Assembly (NCBI RefSeq): GCF_013812825.1
Contig: NZ_JACCSU010000068.1
Location: 77,845-141,844, forward strand
Direction: 5' to 3'
Source: Sphingomonas sp.
GTDB taxonomy: Bacteria > Pseudomonadota > Alphaproteobacteria > Sphingomonadales > Sphingomonadaceae
DNA: 64,000 nucleotides
Shown here: positions 10,603 through 20,030 of the stretch, one piece after another
How positions within the stretch are numbered: the first letter of the stretch is position 1
Layout of the letters: every line of letters begins with the position of its first letter
Position numbers and translations under genes: made by a program
Notes under the pieces: generated by a model
The model's database searches: none
What the model saw: only the letters and a program-made list of their open reading frames with translations
Told to the model about the DNA's origin: nothing

Positions 10603-11940
10603 TCAGGCCGAAGGCAGGATCAGCATGAACCGTGCTCCCAGCTCGGGAGCGCTTTCCAGATGGATGTCGCCGCCCATCGAACGCGCGAGCCGCCGCGAAA
10701 TCGCCAGCCCGAGCCCGGTCCCGCCTTCGTCCGGGCCGGCCCGCTCGAAGCGCTCGAAGATTCGCTGCTGATCGGCGGGAGCGATCCCCGGCCCTTCGTC
10801 CGATACCGTCACCGAGGCGAGGTCGGAGGTCCGGTCGAAGCGCAGGGTGACGGTGCCTCCGGCCGGCGAATGGCGCACCGCATTGCCGATCAGATTGACG
10901 AGGATCTGGATCACGGCCCGCTCTTCGCCGCTGGCCGGCAGCGATTCGTCGCCCTCGATCGCGAAACGGATGCCGCGCGGCTCGGCGGATGGCTCGACCA
11001 GGACGACGGCCTCGGCCGCGAGCGCGGCGAGGTCGATGGTTCGGTGGCCCTGCCCGGTGTCTTCGCTCATCGAGTGGATCACCGACAGCAAGTGGCGGGC
11101 GGCGGCCGAAATGTCGGTCGCATAGACCGCATAGTCGCTGCGCAGCGGCCCGTCGGCGCGGTCGGCGATGCGCTCGGCGCAGTCGATGATCCGGTCGAGC
11201 GGTGAGCGCAGCGCCTCGTTCAGCACCTGATCGATCGCCGCCAGCGACGGCTGCGGCGGCTGGGTCGCCGAATCGCCGCTCGGCACCGCCCGGCCCGAAA
11301 AGCCGGCGAAGCTGCCGTCCGGGCCGAAGATGACGTCGGCGCTGAGCATCAGCGTCGCGCCCGGGTCGCCGCTCCGGGCGATCGCCGGCTGGCCCGAAAA
11401 ACCGTGGCGGGCGGCGAGCGCTGCAATTAGCGGCATCTCGCCGGCCTCATTCTCGTCGAGCCGGAAAACCCGAGTCAGCGGCTGGCCGATGAGGTCGGCT
11501 GGTTCGGCGCCAAGCCGCTCGGCCAGCGAGCCCGACAGCGAGGTGAGCTTGAGGTCGGAGTCCGCCGCCCATTCGCCGGCCTCGGCAACGGGCTGGGTGC
11601 TGTTGTCGCCGCCGAGCAGGGCCGCAAGCCGCGCCTGGCGGGGCGGACGGACGGTCCAGCCTTCCAGGGCCAGCGCGACTTCCTCGCCTTCGGGCACGGC
11701 GCGGACCCACATGTCGATATCGTGTTTGGCGCTGGCCGCAAGCGCGGGCCGCGAAACCGGGATCCCGAGCTTTCGCGCCAGCCTCGCGACCGCCGCGACC
11801 TGCGGCAGAGCGAGCGCCGCTCCGACGGTCGAGCCGGCCTCCATCTGCAGGGTCGCCAGCTCGGGGTCAGCGGCGACCAGCCGGCCGGCGCGGTCAACCC
11901 GGCCGAGAACCGGCCGCGGGTCAGAAGGTGCGCTGGCCAT
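10603..11940 (-). CDS. Soluble PAS-domain histidine-kinase-like protein lacking the H-box His
   Basis: HATPase N box (NLIGNAVRHS), G1/F (DEGPGI...IFERF) and G2 (GTGLGLAI) are present; the H-box region reads NEALRSPL. Confidence 0.85.
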   Translation of the reverse strand: MASAPSDPRPVLGRVDRAGRLVAADPELATLQMEAGSTVGAALALPQVAAVARLARKLGIPVSRPALAASAKHDIDMWVRAVPEGEEVALALEGWTVRPPRQARLAALLGGDNSTQPVAEAGEWAADSDLKLTSLSGSLAERLGAEPADLIGQPLTRVFRLDENEAGEMPLIAALAARHGFSGQPAIARSGDPGATLMLSADVIFGPDGSFAGFSGRAVPSGDSATQPPQPSLAAIDQVLNEALRSPLDRIIDCAERIADRADGPLRSDYAVYATDISAAARHLLSVIHSMSEDTGQGHRTIDLAALAAEAVVLVEPSAEPRGIRFAIEGDESLPASGEERAVIQILVNLIGNAVRHSPAGGTVTLRFDRTSDLASVTVSDEGPGIAPADQQRIFERFERAGPDEGGTGLGLAISRRLARSMGGDIHLESAPELGARFMLILPSA

Positions 11941-12982
11941 GATCCTGTCCGAGCGCCTCGAGCGCGGCGCGATAGGACGGGTCCAGCCGCAGCCACTCGC
12001 GGGCGGAATCGACTTCCTCGGTGCTAATCGAGTCGAACCGGGCGATCGCTCGGCCGGCATCGGCGATCTCGAGCAAGTCCCCCGGCCCGGCCAGCAGCCG
12101 CGCAGCCAGCTCGCGAGATGCGCCGGCCATCCTAAGCAGCAGCATGAGCGAGGCGCCCTCGCCGCCGAGCAGGAGGTCGAACGCCTCCTCGCCGCCGATC
12201 GCGGCCCGGCGCGCCAGCGCCTGCGCGACCAGCACCACTTCGCCGTCCTCGGCCGCGGCGGCGATCAAATCCTCGTCGAGCCGCCCCTGCTCGTCGAGCA
12301 ATCGGATCAAGGCGCCGGCGAGCGCCTCGAGCCGCTTGGCCTCGTCGTGCCGCTTGATCAGCGCCGCGCCGGCCGACGCCAGTTGCCGGTCGGCGGACGG
12401 GCGGTCGACGGTGGCCAGCAGGCGCCGCCTGAGGCCCGCGCCGACGATCTGGGTTAGAGCGGCAGCGGTCTCGGCCGGCAGGTCGTCGAACTCGACTCGG
12501 GCCTGGCCGAAGCGGTCGCGGCGGCGGCCACGCGCCAGGATCAAGGCCATCGCCGCGGCGGAAATCGACGCGTTGTCGTCGCTGACCAGGGTCTGCAACA
12601 AGCGTCCCTCGCGGCGGCCGCTGCGCGCCTTGACCGCGATCGTGATCTGCTCCTCGTCGGCGCGGCGAAGCAGAAGCTCGATCAGTTGCGGCTGGTCGAG
12701 CAAGCCCGCGGCGGTCAGCTCGGCGACCAGCCCGCTGTTATCCTCGTCGTTGGCGACCGCCGAGTTGGCCGGCAGCGACACCCGCAACTCGTCGGCGATG
12801 TCGGAGACGATCGCGTGGAGCATGGCGGTCATCAGGGCCCGCTCCTGCTCGTTCAGCCGCTGCCGCGGATCGAGGAAGAAATCCTGGCGGACGGTGTCCA
12901 GCCGCGCTCGCCCCGCGCGACGCGCGGGTGCGACCATGGGGTCGGCTGCCGGAGCAGCGATCGGCCATTCCTCGGGAACCAT
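11921..12982 (-). CDS. DUF2336-like helical protein
   Basis: All-helical alphaproteobacterial protein resembling DUF2336 members; AGGA RBS upstream of the ATG; overlaps the kinase start by 20 nt. Confidence 0.6.
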   Translation of the reverse strand: MVPEEWPIAAPAADPMVAPARRAGRARLDTVRQDFFLDPRQRLNEQERALMTAMLHAIVSDIADELRVSLPANSAVANDEDNSGLVAELTAAGLLDQPQLIELLLRRADEEQITIAVKARSGRREGRLLQTLVSDDNASISAAAMALILARGRRRDRFGQARVEFDDLPAETAAALTQIVGAGLRRRLLATVDRPSADRQLASAGAALIKRHDEAKRLEALAGALIRLLDEQGRLDEDLIAAAAEDGEVVLVAQALARRAAIGGEEAFDLLLGGEGASLMLLLRMAGASRELAARLLAGPGDLLEIADAGRAIARFDSISTEEVDSAREWLRLDPSYRAALEALGQDHGQRTF

Positions 12983-13017
12983 TTCCTGCGCGTTATCAGT
13001 CTCGATTTAACGCTGCG

Positions 13018-14202
13018 TCAATCGGGCCTGATTCGATGGTGCCAATTCTGGACAAAGAAGAAGGACGCGGCCGCGTAGAGCGCCAGGGCCACCAAGCCTA
13101 GCGCCCATGCGCCGGCGATCGCGAACGGGACCATGGCGAGGATCGCATTGCGCCTCGAGAACAGCCACACCTGCCCCGGGACCTCGTCATTGCCAAGCTC
13201 GATCCGCGCCGCCTCGGCGAACGCCAGCGCCGCCAGTGCCGTGACCAGCGTGCCCCAGCCGCTGCCGTGGGTCGCGAGCCTCCAGCCCAGCCCGAGCAGC
13301 GCAAGCCCCGCCGTCGGCCACAACAGCTGCAGGCTCAGCGACCGCGGCGGCAGAGGCCGCAGCCGAAGCGTCGCCAGGCGGCGGGCGACCAGGTCGAGCG
13401 GCGTCGACAGGATGAGCATCCCCAGCGACGGCCACAGCCAGCCGCGGGTGAAGGCCAGCGCCGCCGCCAGATTGAGCCCCAGAGCGGTCCAGATCAGCCA
13501 TTGCGGCCTGACCTGGGTGTCGAGCAGCCGTTCGGTCGCGAACTCCTCGACGAGCGGCAGCACGTAGCGGCTCGACCAGTCGCTCCGGGTTCCCCGCGAG
13601 GAGACGATCAGGGCCCGCTCGAAGCCGCCAAGCTGCTCGGCACTATCGGCCAGCAGCGGCTCGCCGGCTGTCGCGACGCGGACTCGCAGGGCGCCGTCCT
13701 GGAGCGCCCGCCTCAGCAAGGTCGATTGCAGGTCCCAGTCGCCGAGCATCGCCGCGGTCGCTCCCAGCGTTCGGCCGTCGACCAGCGCCACGCCCGCCCA
13801 GCGGCTGGTGGCGTCGATCCGTTCATAGGCTTCATGAGCCTCGTCGTCGGGCACGGTCGCGACCGCCGGCTCGGGCTCCTCGGCAAGCTGGGCGAGCAGC
13901 TCGGCCGGGGCCGCAACTCCATCGCCGAGCAGCAGGATCAACGAACCGGCCTCGAAGCGGCTCGCGGCTTCGTTGCCGTCGCTGACCGGGATCACCGCCA
14001 GCCCGTCGCCGCGCAGCCGCTCGAACGCTTCGTGGAGCGCCGGCGGAACGCGCTCGACCATGACCACGATCGGGGCCGCGCCAGCCGCCGCCGCGCAGCG
14101 CGCCTGATATTCGATCAACGTCCGGCCGGCGAGCGGCAGGAGCGCGCGAAGCTCGCCGCGATCATTCTCCTGATAGGCTCCGATCAGGGCGCCGACCGCC
14201 AT
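13018..14202 (-). CDS. Hypothetical membrane protein: degenerate nucleotidyltransferase-like N-domain plus CDP-alcohol phosphotransferase-like TM domain
   Basis: ALLPLAGRTLIEYQ resembles the NTP-transferase LLPxAG motif; about six C-terminal TM segments. ATG 14202 chosen as start. Confidence 0.6.
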   Translation of the reverse strand: MAVGALIGAYQENDRGELRALLPLAGRTLIEYQARCAAAAGAAPIVVMVERVPPALHEAFERLRGDGLAVIPVSDGNEAASRFEAGSLILLLGDGVAAPAELLAQLAEEPEPAVATVPDDEAHEAYERIDATSRWAGVALVDGRTLGATAAMLGDWDLQSTLLRRALQDGALRVRVATAGEPLLADSAEQLGGFERALIVSSRGTRSDWSSRYVLPLVEEFATERLLDTQVRPQWLIWTALGLNLAAALAFTRGWLWPSLGMLILSTPLDLVARRLATLRLRPLPPRSLSLQLLWPTAGLALLGLGWRLATHGSGWGTLVTALAALAFAEAARIELGNDEVPGQVWLFSRRNAILAMVPFAIAGAWALGLVALALYAAASFFFVQNWHHRIRPD

Positions 14203-14297
14203 GCCGCCTGTTCCCCTGCTTTTCCCCCGCTTCACAGCAGCCGGGCGAAGCACCCTCTCTAATCGCTTTCGCCGCGAGACAAAGATGGTAAACTGCA

Positions 14298-16613
14298 ATG
14301 GCCATGAACCCACGCATCCAGCGCGCCGAGCTTCCGCCCAGCGAGGCGGAAGAGCTTCCGGTCACCGACTCTTCACCCCAAGACGACACGCTCGAGCTTG
14401 GTTTCGACCAGATCCAGTGGACCGAACCCGAGGCGGAACCGGCGTCCCACGGGGCCGGCGGCCGAGCCGTCCTCGGCTACGGACTGACGATCCTGGCAAT
14501 CCTCTGGGTTGGCTTCACCGCCTGGTCGGCGGGACGAGTCATGGCCGGCCAGCCGATGTCGTCCCCGGCACTCGCGCAATGGATGGCGATCGCGGCGGGT
14601 CCGCTGGCGCTGCTCGGGCTGGCCTGGCTGATGTTCGGCCGCACCCGGCGGCGCGAAGCCGAGCGCTTCACCCGCTCGGTGGTGGCGATGCGCTCCGAGG
14701 CCCATTCGCTCGAGGCCCTGCTGGCCGTGCTGTCGCAGCGGATCGAGGACAGCCAGTCGGCGCTCAGCGGAATGGCGGATCGGCTGATGAAGCTGGGCGA
14801 CGAGGCCACCGGCCGGATCGGCACCGTCACCCGCGAGCTCGATTCCTCGTCCGATCGCCTCAGCCGAACCGGCGAGGCGGTCGACCGGGCCGCCGAGCAG
14901 GCGCGCACCGACATCGCCGTGCTGCTCGAGGACTTGCCGCGCGCCGAAGCGTCGACTCGGGCGGTTGCTGAACAGTTGCGCGGGATCGGCGGCGAAACCA
15001 CGGCCCGTGCGGCCGACCTCGGGCAGCAGGTCGCCGCGCTTACCGAGCGCACCCGCGAGGCGGATGAGCAGGTCGGAAGCGCTGCGCAGCGGCTGGTCAC
15101 GCACCTGACCCAGATCGAGAGCGCCGGCGCTGCGGCTGCCGCGCGGGTCGGCGAAGCGGAGACGAGCTTTTCAGGAGCGCTCGACTCGCTGCTCGACCGG
15201 ACCGCTCGAACGCTCGACGAGATTCGCGGCGGCATCGACACGCAGGCCGCGGCGGTCGCGGCGCTGGTCGAACAGGCGTCGGCCGGAATCGGGCGCGCCG
15301 GCGTTGAAGCCGCCGACGTGCTGGGATCCAAGATCGGCCAGGCCGGCGCTTCGCTGGACGGGCTATCGGCCCGAGTCGCCGAGCAGGAGCGCGTGTCGCA
15401 GCGGATGTTCGCGGAGATCGACCGCGGCCTGACCCTGATCGACGAGCGCTTCGCCGAACTCGCCGCGCAGGGCGACGAGCGGGCCAATCACTTCCTCGGC
15501 TCGCTGGCGCGGGCTCGAGCCGAGCTAGACGGGCTCGCCCAGCAGACCGGAACGCAGGACAATTCGATCGAATCGCTGGCCGAGCGAACGACCGCGCTTC
15601 GCCAGGGAATCGACCAGCTCACCGCCGAAATCCGCGAAGGCCTGGCGAGCGCCATCGGCGACGCCGAGAGCGGCGCCGAGCGCGTGCTTCGGGCCACCGA
15701 GACCGCCAAGCCCGAGATCGGCTGGATGCGCGACGCGGCGCTGGAGGCGAGCGAGCGGATTACGGCCAGCGGCACTGGAATCGCCGAGCAGCAGGACCGC
15801 TTCGCAGCACTCCTGGCGACCATCGACGACGGCGTCGGCACCTCCGAGACGCGCCTTGCCGCGTTGACCGCGGCGCTGGCCGAGGCCCAGGGTGAAGCGA
15901 CGCGCCTGACTGCCGAGACCGGGCCGGCGCTGGTCGCGGCGCTGGTGCAGGTGAAGGAAGCGGCTGCTCACGCGGCCGAGCGCGCCCGCGAGGCGATCGA
16001 GGGAGTCATTCCCGACAGCGCCGGCAAGCTGTCGAAAGCCACCCGCGAGGCGCTCGAGACGGCGATCCGCGAGGGCGTCGAGGAGCGCTTGCGCGGAGTC
16101 GAACAAGTCGCCGCGCGAGCGGTCGAAAGCGCGCGCGAAGCGTCGGATCGGCTCACCCAGCAGATGCTGAGCCTGGGTCAGAGCAGCGCTGCGCTCGAAC
16201 ATTATTTCGAGAAGACCCAGGCCGACCAGCGCGAGAAGGACAGCGAGGCGTTCGCCCGCCGGGTGTCGATGCTGATCGACTCGATGAATTCGGCGGCGAT
16301 CGACGTTGGAAAGATCCTGTCGGACGAGGTCGACGACAAGGCGTGGACGTCCTACCTCAAAGGCAATCGAGGCGTGTTCACGCGCCGCGCGGTGCGCTTG
16401 ATGGGCGGCAGCGAGAGCCGCGCGATCCAGGCGCATTATGACACCGACCGGGAGTTCCAGGCATCGGTGAACCGCTACGTGCACGACTTCGAGGCGATGC
16501 TGCGGCGAGTGCTGGCCGAGCGCGACGGCGGAATGATCGCGGTGACCCTGATGTCGTCGGACATGGGCAAGCTCTACGCGGCGCTCGCCCAGGCGATCGA
16601 TCGCCGGCGCTAG
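14298..16613 (+). CDS. Two-TM, long coiled-coil protein (TipN/GPR-like polar landmark candidate)
   Basis: Two N-terminal TM helices, about 550 aa of Ala/Glu/Arg heptad-rich sequence and a C-terminal NRYVHDFEAML...SSDMGKLYAALAQA domain. Confidence 0.7.
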   Translation: MAMNPRIQRAELPPSEAEELPVTDSSPQDDTLELGFDQIQWTEPEAEPASHGAGGRAVLGYGLTILAILWVGFTAWSAGRVMAGQPMSSPALAQWMAIAAGPLALLGLAWLMFGRTRRREAERFTRSVVAMRSEAHSLEALLAVLSQRIEDSQSALSGMADRLMKLGDEATGRIGTVTRELDSSSDRLSRTGEAVDRAAEQARTDIAVLLEDLPRAEASTRAVAEQLRGIGGETTARAADLGQQVAALTERTREADEQVGSAAQRLVTHLTQIESAGAAAAARVGEAETSFSGALDSLLDRTARTLDEIRGGIDTQAAAVAALVEQASAGIGRAGVEAADVLGSKIGQAGASLDGLSARVAEQERVSQRMFAEIDRGLTLIDERFAELAAQGDERANHFLGSLARARAELDGLAQQTGTQDNSIESLAERTTALRQGIDQLTAEIREGLASAIGDAESGAERVLRATETAKPEIGWMRDAALEASERITASGTGIAEQQDRFAALLATIDDGVGTSETRLAALTAALAEAQGEATRLTAETGPALVAALVQVKEAAAHAAERAREAIEGVIPDSAGKLSKATREALETAIREGVEERLRGVEQVAARAVESAREASDRLTQQMLSLGQSSAALEHYFEKTQADQREKDSEAFARRVSMLIDSMNSAAIDVGKILSDEVDDKAWTSYLKGNRGVFTRRAVRLMGGSESRAIQAHYDTDREFQASVNRYVHDFEAMLRRVLAERDGGMIAVTLMSSDMGKLYAALAQAIDRRR

Positions 16614-16616
16614 GCG

Positions 16617-16877
16617 TCAATTGTAGAAGTCGAGGTCCTCGACCTCGACCCAGCCGTATGTCCAGTTGGCGTAATACAGCCCGAACAGCAGCAATCCGAG
16701 CAGCGCCGCTCGGAGAAGGTGCCGCGGCAGGTCGAACCGGTGCGGGGCGCTGTCGGCCTGGCCCGGGACCTTCTCAGTCCCCGCCTCCTCGTCGGTCTTC
16801 ACCCCGAACGGCAGCAGCAGGAACGCGCTGGCGATGAAGAACAAGAGATAGATCGCGGCAATCGAGCCGATCGTCAT
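16617..16877 (-). CDS. DUF1467-like small membrane protein
   Basis: MTIGSIAAIYLLFF...LLPFGVKT...PGQADSAP; ATGA overlap with rnj, the usual position for this family. Confidence 0.8.
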   Translation of the reverse strand: MTIGSIAAIYLLFFIASAFLLLPFGVKTDEEAGTEKVPGQADSAPHRFDLPRHLLRAALLGLLLFGLYYANWTYGWVEVEDLDFYN

Positions 16878-18514
16878 TCGGGGACCTTGAGTATGGTCAC
16901 GTCGACCATCGGCTTCTTGCCGGTCCACGCGGTCGCGCATCGGCGAACCGCGAGCCGCACCGCCTCGCGGGCTCGGTCGTCGGCGGCGCGCGGGTCGAAC
17001 GCCCGCTCGGCGGTGTCGGCGGCATCGGCGATGAAATCCTCGCGATCGACCTCGACCGGGATTCCGAACGGACGGACCAGCGGAGTACCGGCAAGCTCGC
17101 CCTTCGCATCGAGCGCAAGCGCGACCGTGATCAGCCCGCCAACGGCAATCTTGCGGCGCTCGTTGATCGTCGTCCCGTCGGCGGGGAGAATCACATCGCC
17201 GTCGAGCACCAGCCGCCCGACCCGCACCTGGTCGATCTTCGCCGGCCCCTCGGGCGCCAGGCGAACGAGGTCGCCGTTCATCTGGACCACCGCCCTGGGA
17301 ACACCGTGCGACAAGGCCAGGCGCGCCTGCTCGGCGAGGTGCCGCGCCTCGCCGTGCACCGGCACGATGATTTCCGGCCGGACCCAGTCGTACATCATCA
17401 GCAGCTCGGGCCGGCCCGGGTGCCCCGACACATGGACATGCGCCTGCTTCTCGGTGACGATCAGGGCCCCAAGGTCGGACAGCTGGTTCATGATCCGGCC
17501 GATCGCCACCTCGTTGCCGGGAATGATCCGCGACGAGAAAATCACCGTGTCGCCTTGGGACAGCTTGAGCTCGTGGCTGCCCGAGGCGATCCGGCCGAGC
17601 GCCGCGCGCGGCTCGCCCTGCCCGCCGGTGGCGACGATCAGCAGCTCCTCGCGCGGCAGCCGCATCGCCTCGTCGAAGCGCACCGGCTCGGGGAAATCGC
17701 GCAGATAGCCGGTCGCCTTGGCAACTCCGATGATTCGATCGAGCGAGCGGCCGGCGACGCAGACGCGGCGGCCGGTTTCGGTCGCGACTCGGCCGATGGT
17801 CTGGAGCCGGGCCGCGTTCGACGCGAAGGTCGTGACCAGCACCCGCCCGCGGGCCTTGGCGACCTGCTCGGCAAGGCCGTGATGGACTCCTTCCTCGGAT
17901 CCCGACGGCTCGTTCTGGAAGACGTTGGTCGAATCGCAGACCAGCGCGAGCACGCCCTGGTCGCCGATGTCGGTCAGCGCCTCGGTGCTTGGAGCCTCGC
18001 CGAGCACCGGCGTCTCGTCCACCTTCCAGTCGCCGGTATGGAAGACGCGTCCGAACGGAGTCTCAATGAGAACGCCGTTGCCCTCCGGGATCGAATGCGA
18101 CAGCGCGATGTAGCGAACCTTGAAAGGGCCGAGCTCGACGACCCCGTCGCGCTCCACGATGTTGAGCTTGACCTGCCCGGTCAGCCCCTCTTCCTCGAGC
18201 TTGCCGGCGATCAGCCCGGCGGTGAATGGAGTCGCGTAGAGCGGCACCTTCAGGTCCGAGCACAAATAGGGCAGCGCGCCGATATGGTCCTCGTGCCCGT
18301 GGGTGAGGATGATTCCGGCCAGCCTGTCCTGCTGCTTCTCGATGAACTCGAGCTCGGGCAGGATCAGGTCGATGCCCGGATAATCGGGGCCGGCGAAGGT
18401 CAGGCCGAGGTCGACCATCAGCCACTGGCCGCGGCAGCCGTAGAGATTGACGTTCATGCCGATCTCGCCCGACCCGCCGAGCGCACAGAACAGCAGCTCC
18501 TCGCCTGGGATCAT
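16874..18514 (-). CDS. rnj: Ribonuclease J
   Basis: ALGGSGEIGMN, LTHGHEDHIG, HTGDWK and HVSGH metallo-beta-lactamase/beta-CASP motifs. Confidence 0.96.
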   Translation of the reverse strand: MIPGEELLFCALGGSGEIGMNVNLYGCRGQWLMVDLGLTFAGPDYPGIDLILPELEFIEKQQDRLAGIILTHGHEDHIGALPYLCSDLKVPLYATPFTAGLIAGKLEEEGLTGQVKLNIVERDGVVELGPFKVRYIALSHSIPEGNGVLIETPFGRVFHTGDWKVDETPVLGEAPSTEALTDIGDQGVLALVCDSTNVFQNEPSGSEEGVHHGLAEQVAKARGRVLVTTFASNAARLQTIGRVATETGRRVCVAGRSLDRIIGVAKATGYLRDFPEPVRFDEAMRLPREELLIVATGGQGEPRAALGRIASGSHELKLSQGDTVIFSSRIIPGNEVAIGRIMNQLSDLGALIVTEKQAHVHVSGHPGRPELLMMYDWVRPEIIVPVHGEARHLAEQARLALSHGVPRAVVQMNGDLVRLAPEGPAKIDQVRVGRLVLDGDVILPADGTTINERRKIAVGGLITVALALDAKGELAGTPLVRPFGIPVEVDREDFIADAADTAERAFDPRAADDRAREAVRLAVRRCATAWTGKKPMVDVTILKVPE

Positions 18515-19294
18515 CTAGGATGAAACGCTTGTCTGGTGGAGCAGGCCCAATCCCTGGATCGTCAGGTCCGGCTCGATCGCGTCGAACGCATCCGTGTGCG
18601 TGTCGAACAGGGTCGCGAGCCCGCCGGTCGCAACGACGGTGACGGGCCGCCCTATCTCGGCTTTCATTCGCCCGGCCAGCCCCTCGATCATCGCCACATA
18701 GCCCCAGTAGATGCCGATCAGCATCTGCCGCTCGGTGGTCCGGCCGACGACGCTGGTGTCGTCCGGAGCCTCGATCGCGATGCGCGGCAGCATCGCCGCC
18801 GCGTTGACCAGCGCGTCAATCGACAGGTTGATCCCCGGTGCAATGATGCCGCCTTTGTACGCGCCCGAGAAATCGACCACGTCAAAGGTGGTCGCGGTGC
18901 CGAAATCGATGATGATCAGGTCGCCCGGATATTTCGAGTGCGCGGCGATGACGTTGAGCGCCCGATCGGCGCCGACGTTCTGAGGCTCGTCGACGTCGAG
19001 CGCCATCGGCCATGCGGCCGCGCCCTGCCCGGCAATCAGCGGCTCGACATGAAAATATTTGCCGGCCAGCACCTGAAGGTTGTGGAGCGCGCGCGGCACC
19101 ACCGTGCCGATGATCACGGCGTCGACGTCGGCCTTGGAATAGCCCTCGAGCTCGAGCAATTGGTGAAGCCACACCGCATATTGGTCGGCGGTCCGCCGGG
19201 GATCGGTCGCAATGCGCCACCGTGCCTTGATCTCGCCGTCCAGGAGAAGCGCGAAGACCAGGTTGGTGTTCCCGGCGTCGATGGCGAGCAGCAT
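18515..19294 (-). CDS. coaX: Type III pantothenate kinase
   Basis: [25 protein letters not shown] and GGIIAPG motifs. Confidence 0.96.
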   Translation of the reverse strand: MLLAIDAGNTNLVFALLLDGEIKARWRIATDPRRTADQYAVWLHQLLELEGYSKADVDAVIIGTVVPRALHNLQVLAGKYFHVEPLIAGQGAAAWPMALDVDEPQNVGADRALNVIAAHSKYPGDLIIIDFGTATTFDVVDFSGAYKGGIIAPGINLSIDALVNAAAMLPRIAIEAPDDTSVVGRTTERQMLIGIYWGYVAMIEGLAGRMKAEIGRPVTVVATGGLATLFDTHTDAFDAIEPDLTIQGLGLLHQTSVSS

Positions 19295-19325
19295 GGGGCC
19301 GACTGCTAGTCTGGCGCTCGCCGGT

Positions 19326-20030
19326 TCACAAGGCGACGTCCCCGGCCCGCACGATCTCGACGCCCTCGTCGGTGCGCAGCCGCAGCGCCCCGTCGGGCTC
19401 GATTCCGTCGAAGCGGCCGCTGACCCGATCGTCCGCACCGATGTGAACCGTGAGCAACGCACCCACGGGATGGGCGCGCATTTGCCACGCCTGGGCGACG
19501 GCGGCGGGCTCGCTTGCTCGCCACAAGGCCAGCAATCGGGCGAAGCTTGCCGCGAGCAGCGGCGCGAAGGCCTGCGGACTCGCCGCGCCGCGAAGCGATG
19601 CCGCCGTCCGGTCCGGCATGCGTGGTGCGAACGCCAGATTGACTCCGAAGCCGGCGACCACCCGCTCGCCGCTCCGTTCGAGCAGGATTCCGGCGAGCTT
19701 GTCGGGCCCAAGCAGCAGGTCGTTGGGCCATTTGAGCATCAAGGGCAGCCCGGCGGTCTGCGAAAGATTGGGCGCGGCGACGTCGACCGCCTCGATCAGC
19801 GCCAGGCCCGCGGCGAGCGACAGCGACGGCGCCGGCGGGTCACCGGGCTGCAGCTCGACCAAGGTGCTGCCGAAGAAGTTTCCCCGCGGAGAAACCCAGG
19901 CTCGCCCCTGCCGGCCCTTGCCGCCCGATTGCTCCAGCGCGACCAGCCAGTCGCCTTCGACCGCGGAATGATCTCCCAGCAAATCGGTATTCGTCGAGCC
20001 GGTCCGCTCGACGATTCGGATGCGGGTCAG
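19326..20030 (-). CDS. birA: Biotin--[acetyl-CoA-carboxylase] ligase (no HTH domain)
   Basis: [23 protein letters not shown] and LKWPNDLL...KLAGIL motifs. The conserved TGSTN lies upstream of the tracked TTG start (19982); a CTG at 20030 overlaps the nuoN stop. Confidence 0.92.
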   Translation of the reverse strand: MTRIRIVERTGSTNTDLLGDHSAVEGDWLVALEQSGGKGRQGRAWVSPRGNFFGSTLVELQPGDPPAPSLSLAAGLALIEAVDVAAPNLSQTAGLPLMLKWPNDLLLGPDKLAGILLERSGERVVAGFGVNLAFAPRMPDRTAASLRGAASPQAFAPLLAASFARLLALWRASEPAAVAQAWQMRAHPVGALLTVHIGADDRVSGRFDGIEPDGALRLRTDEGVEIVRAGDVAL

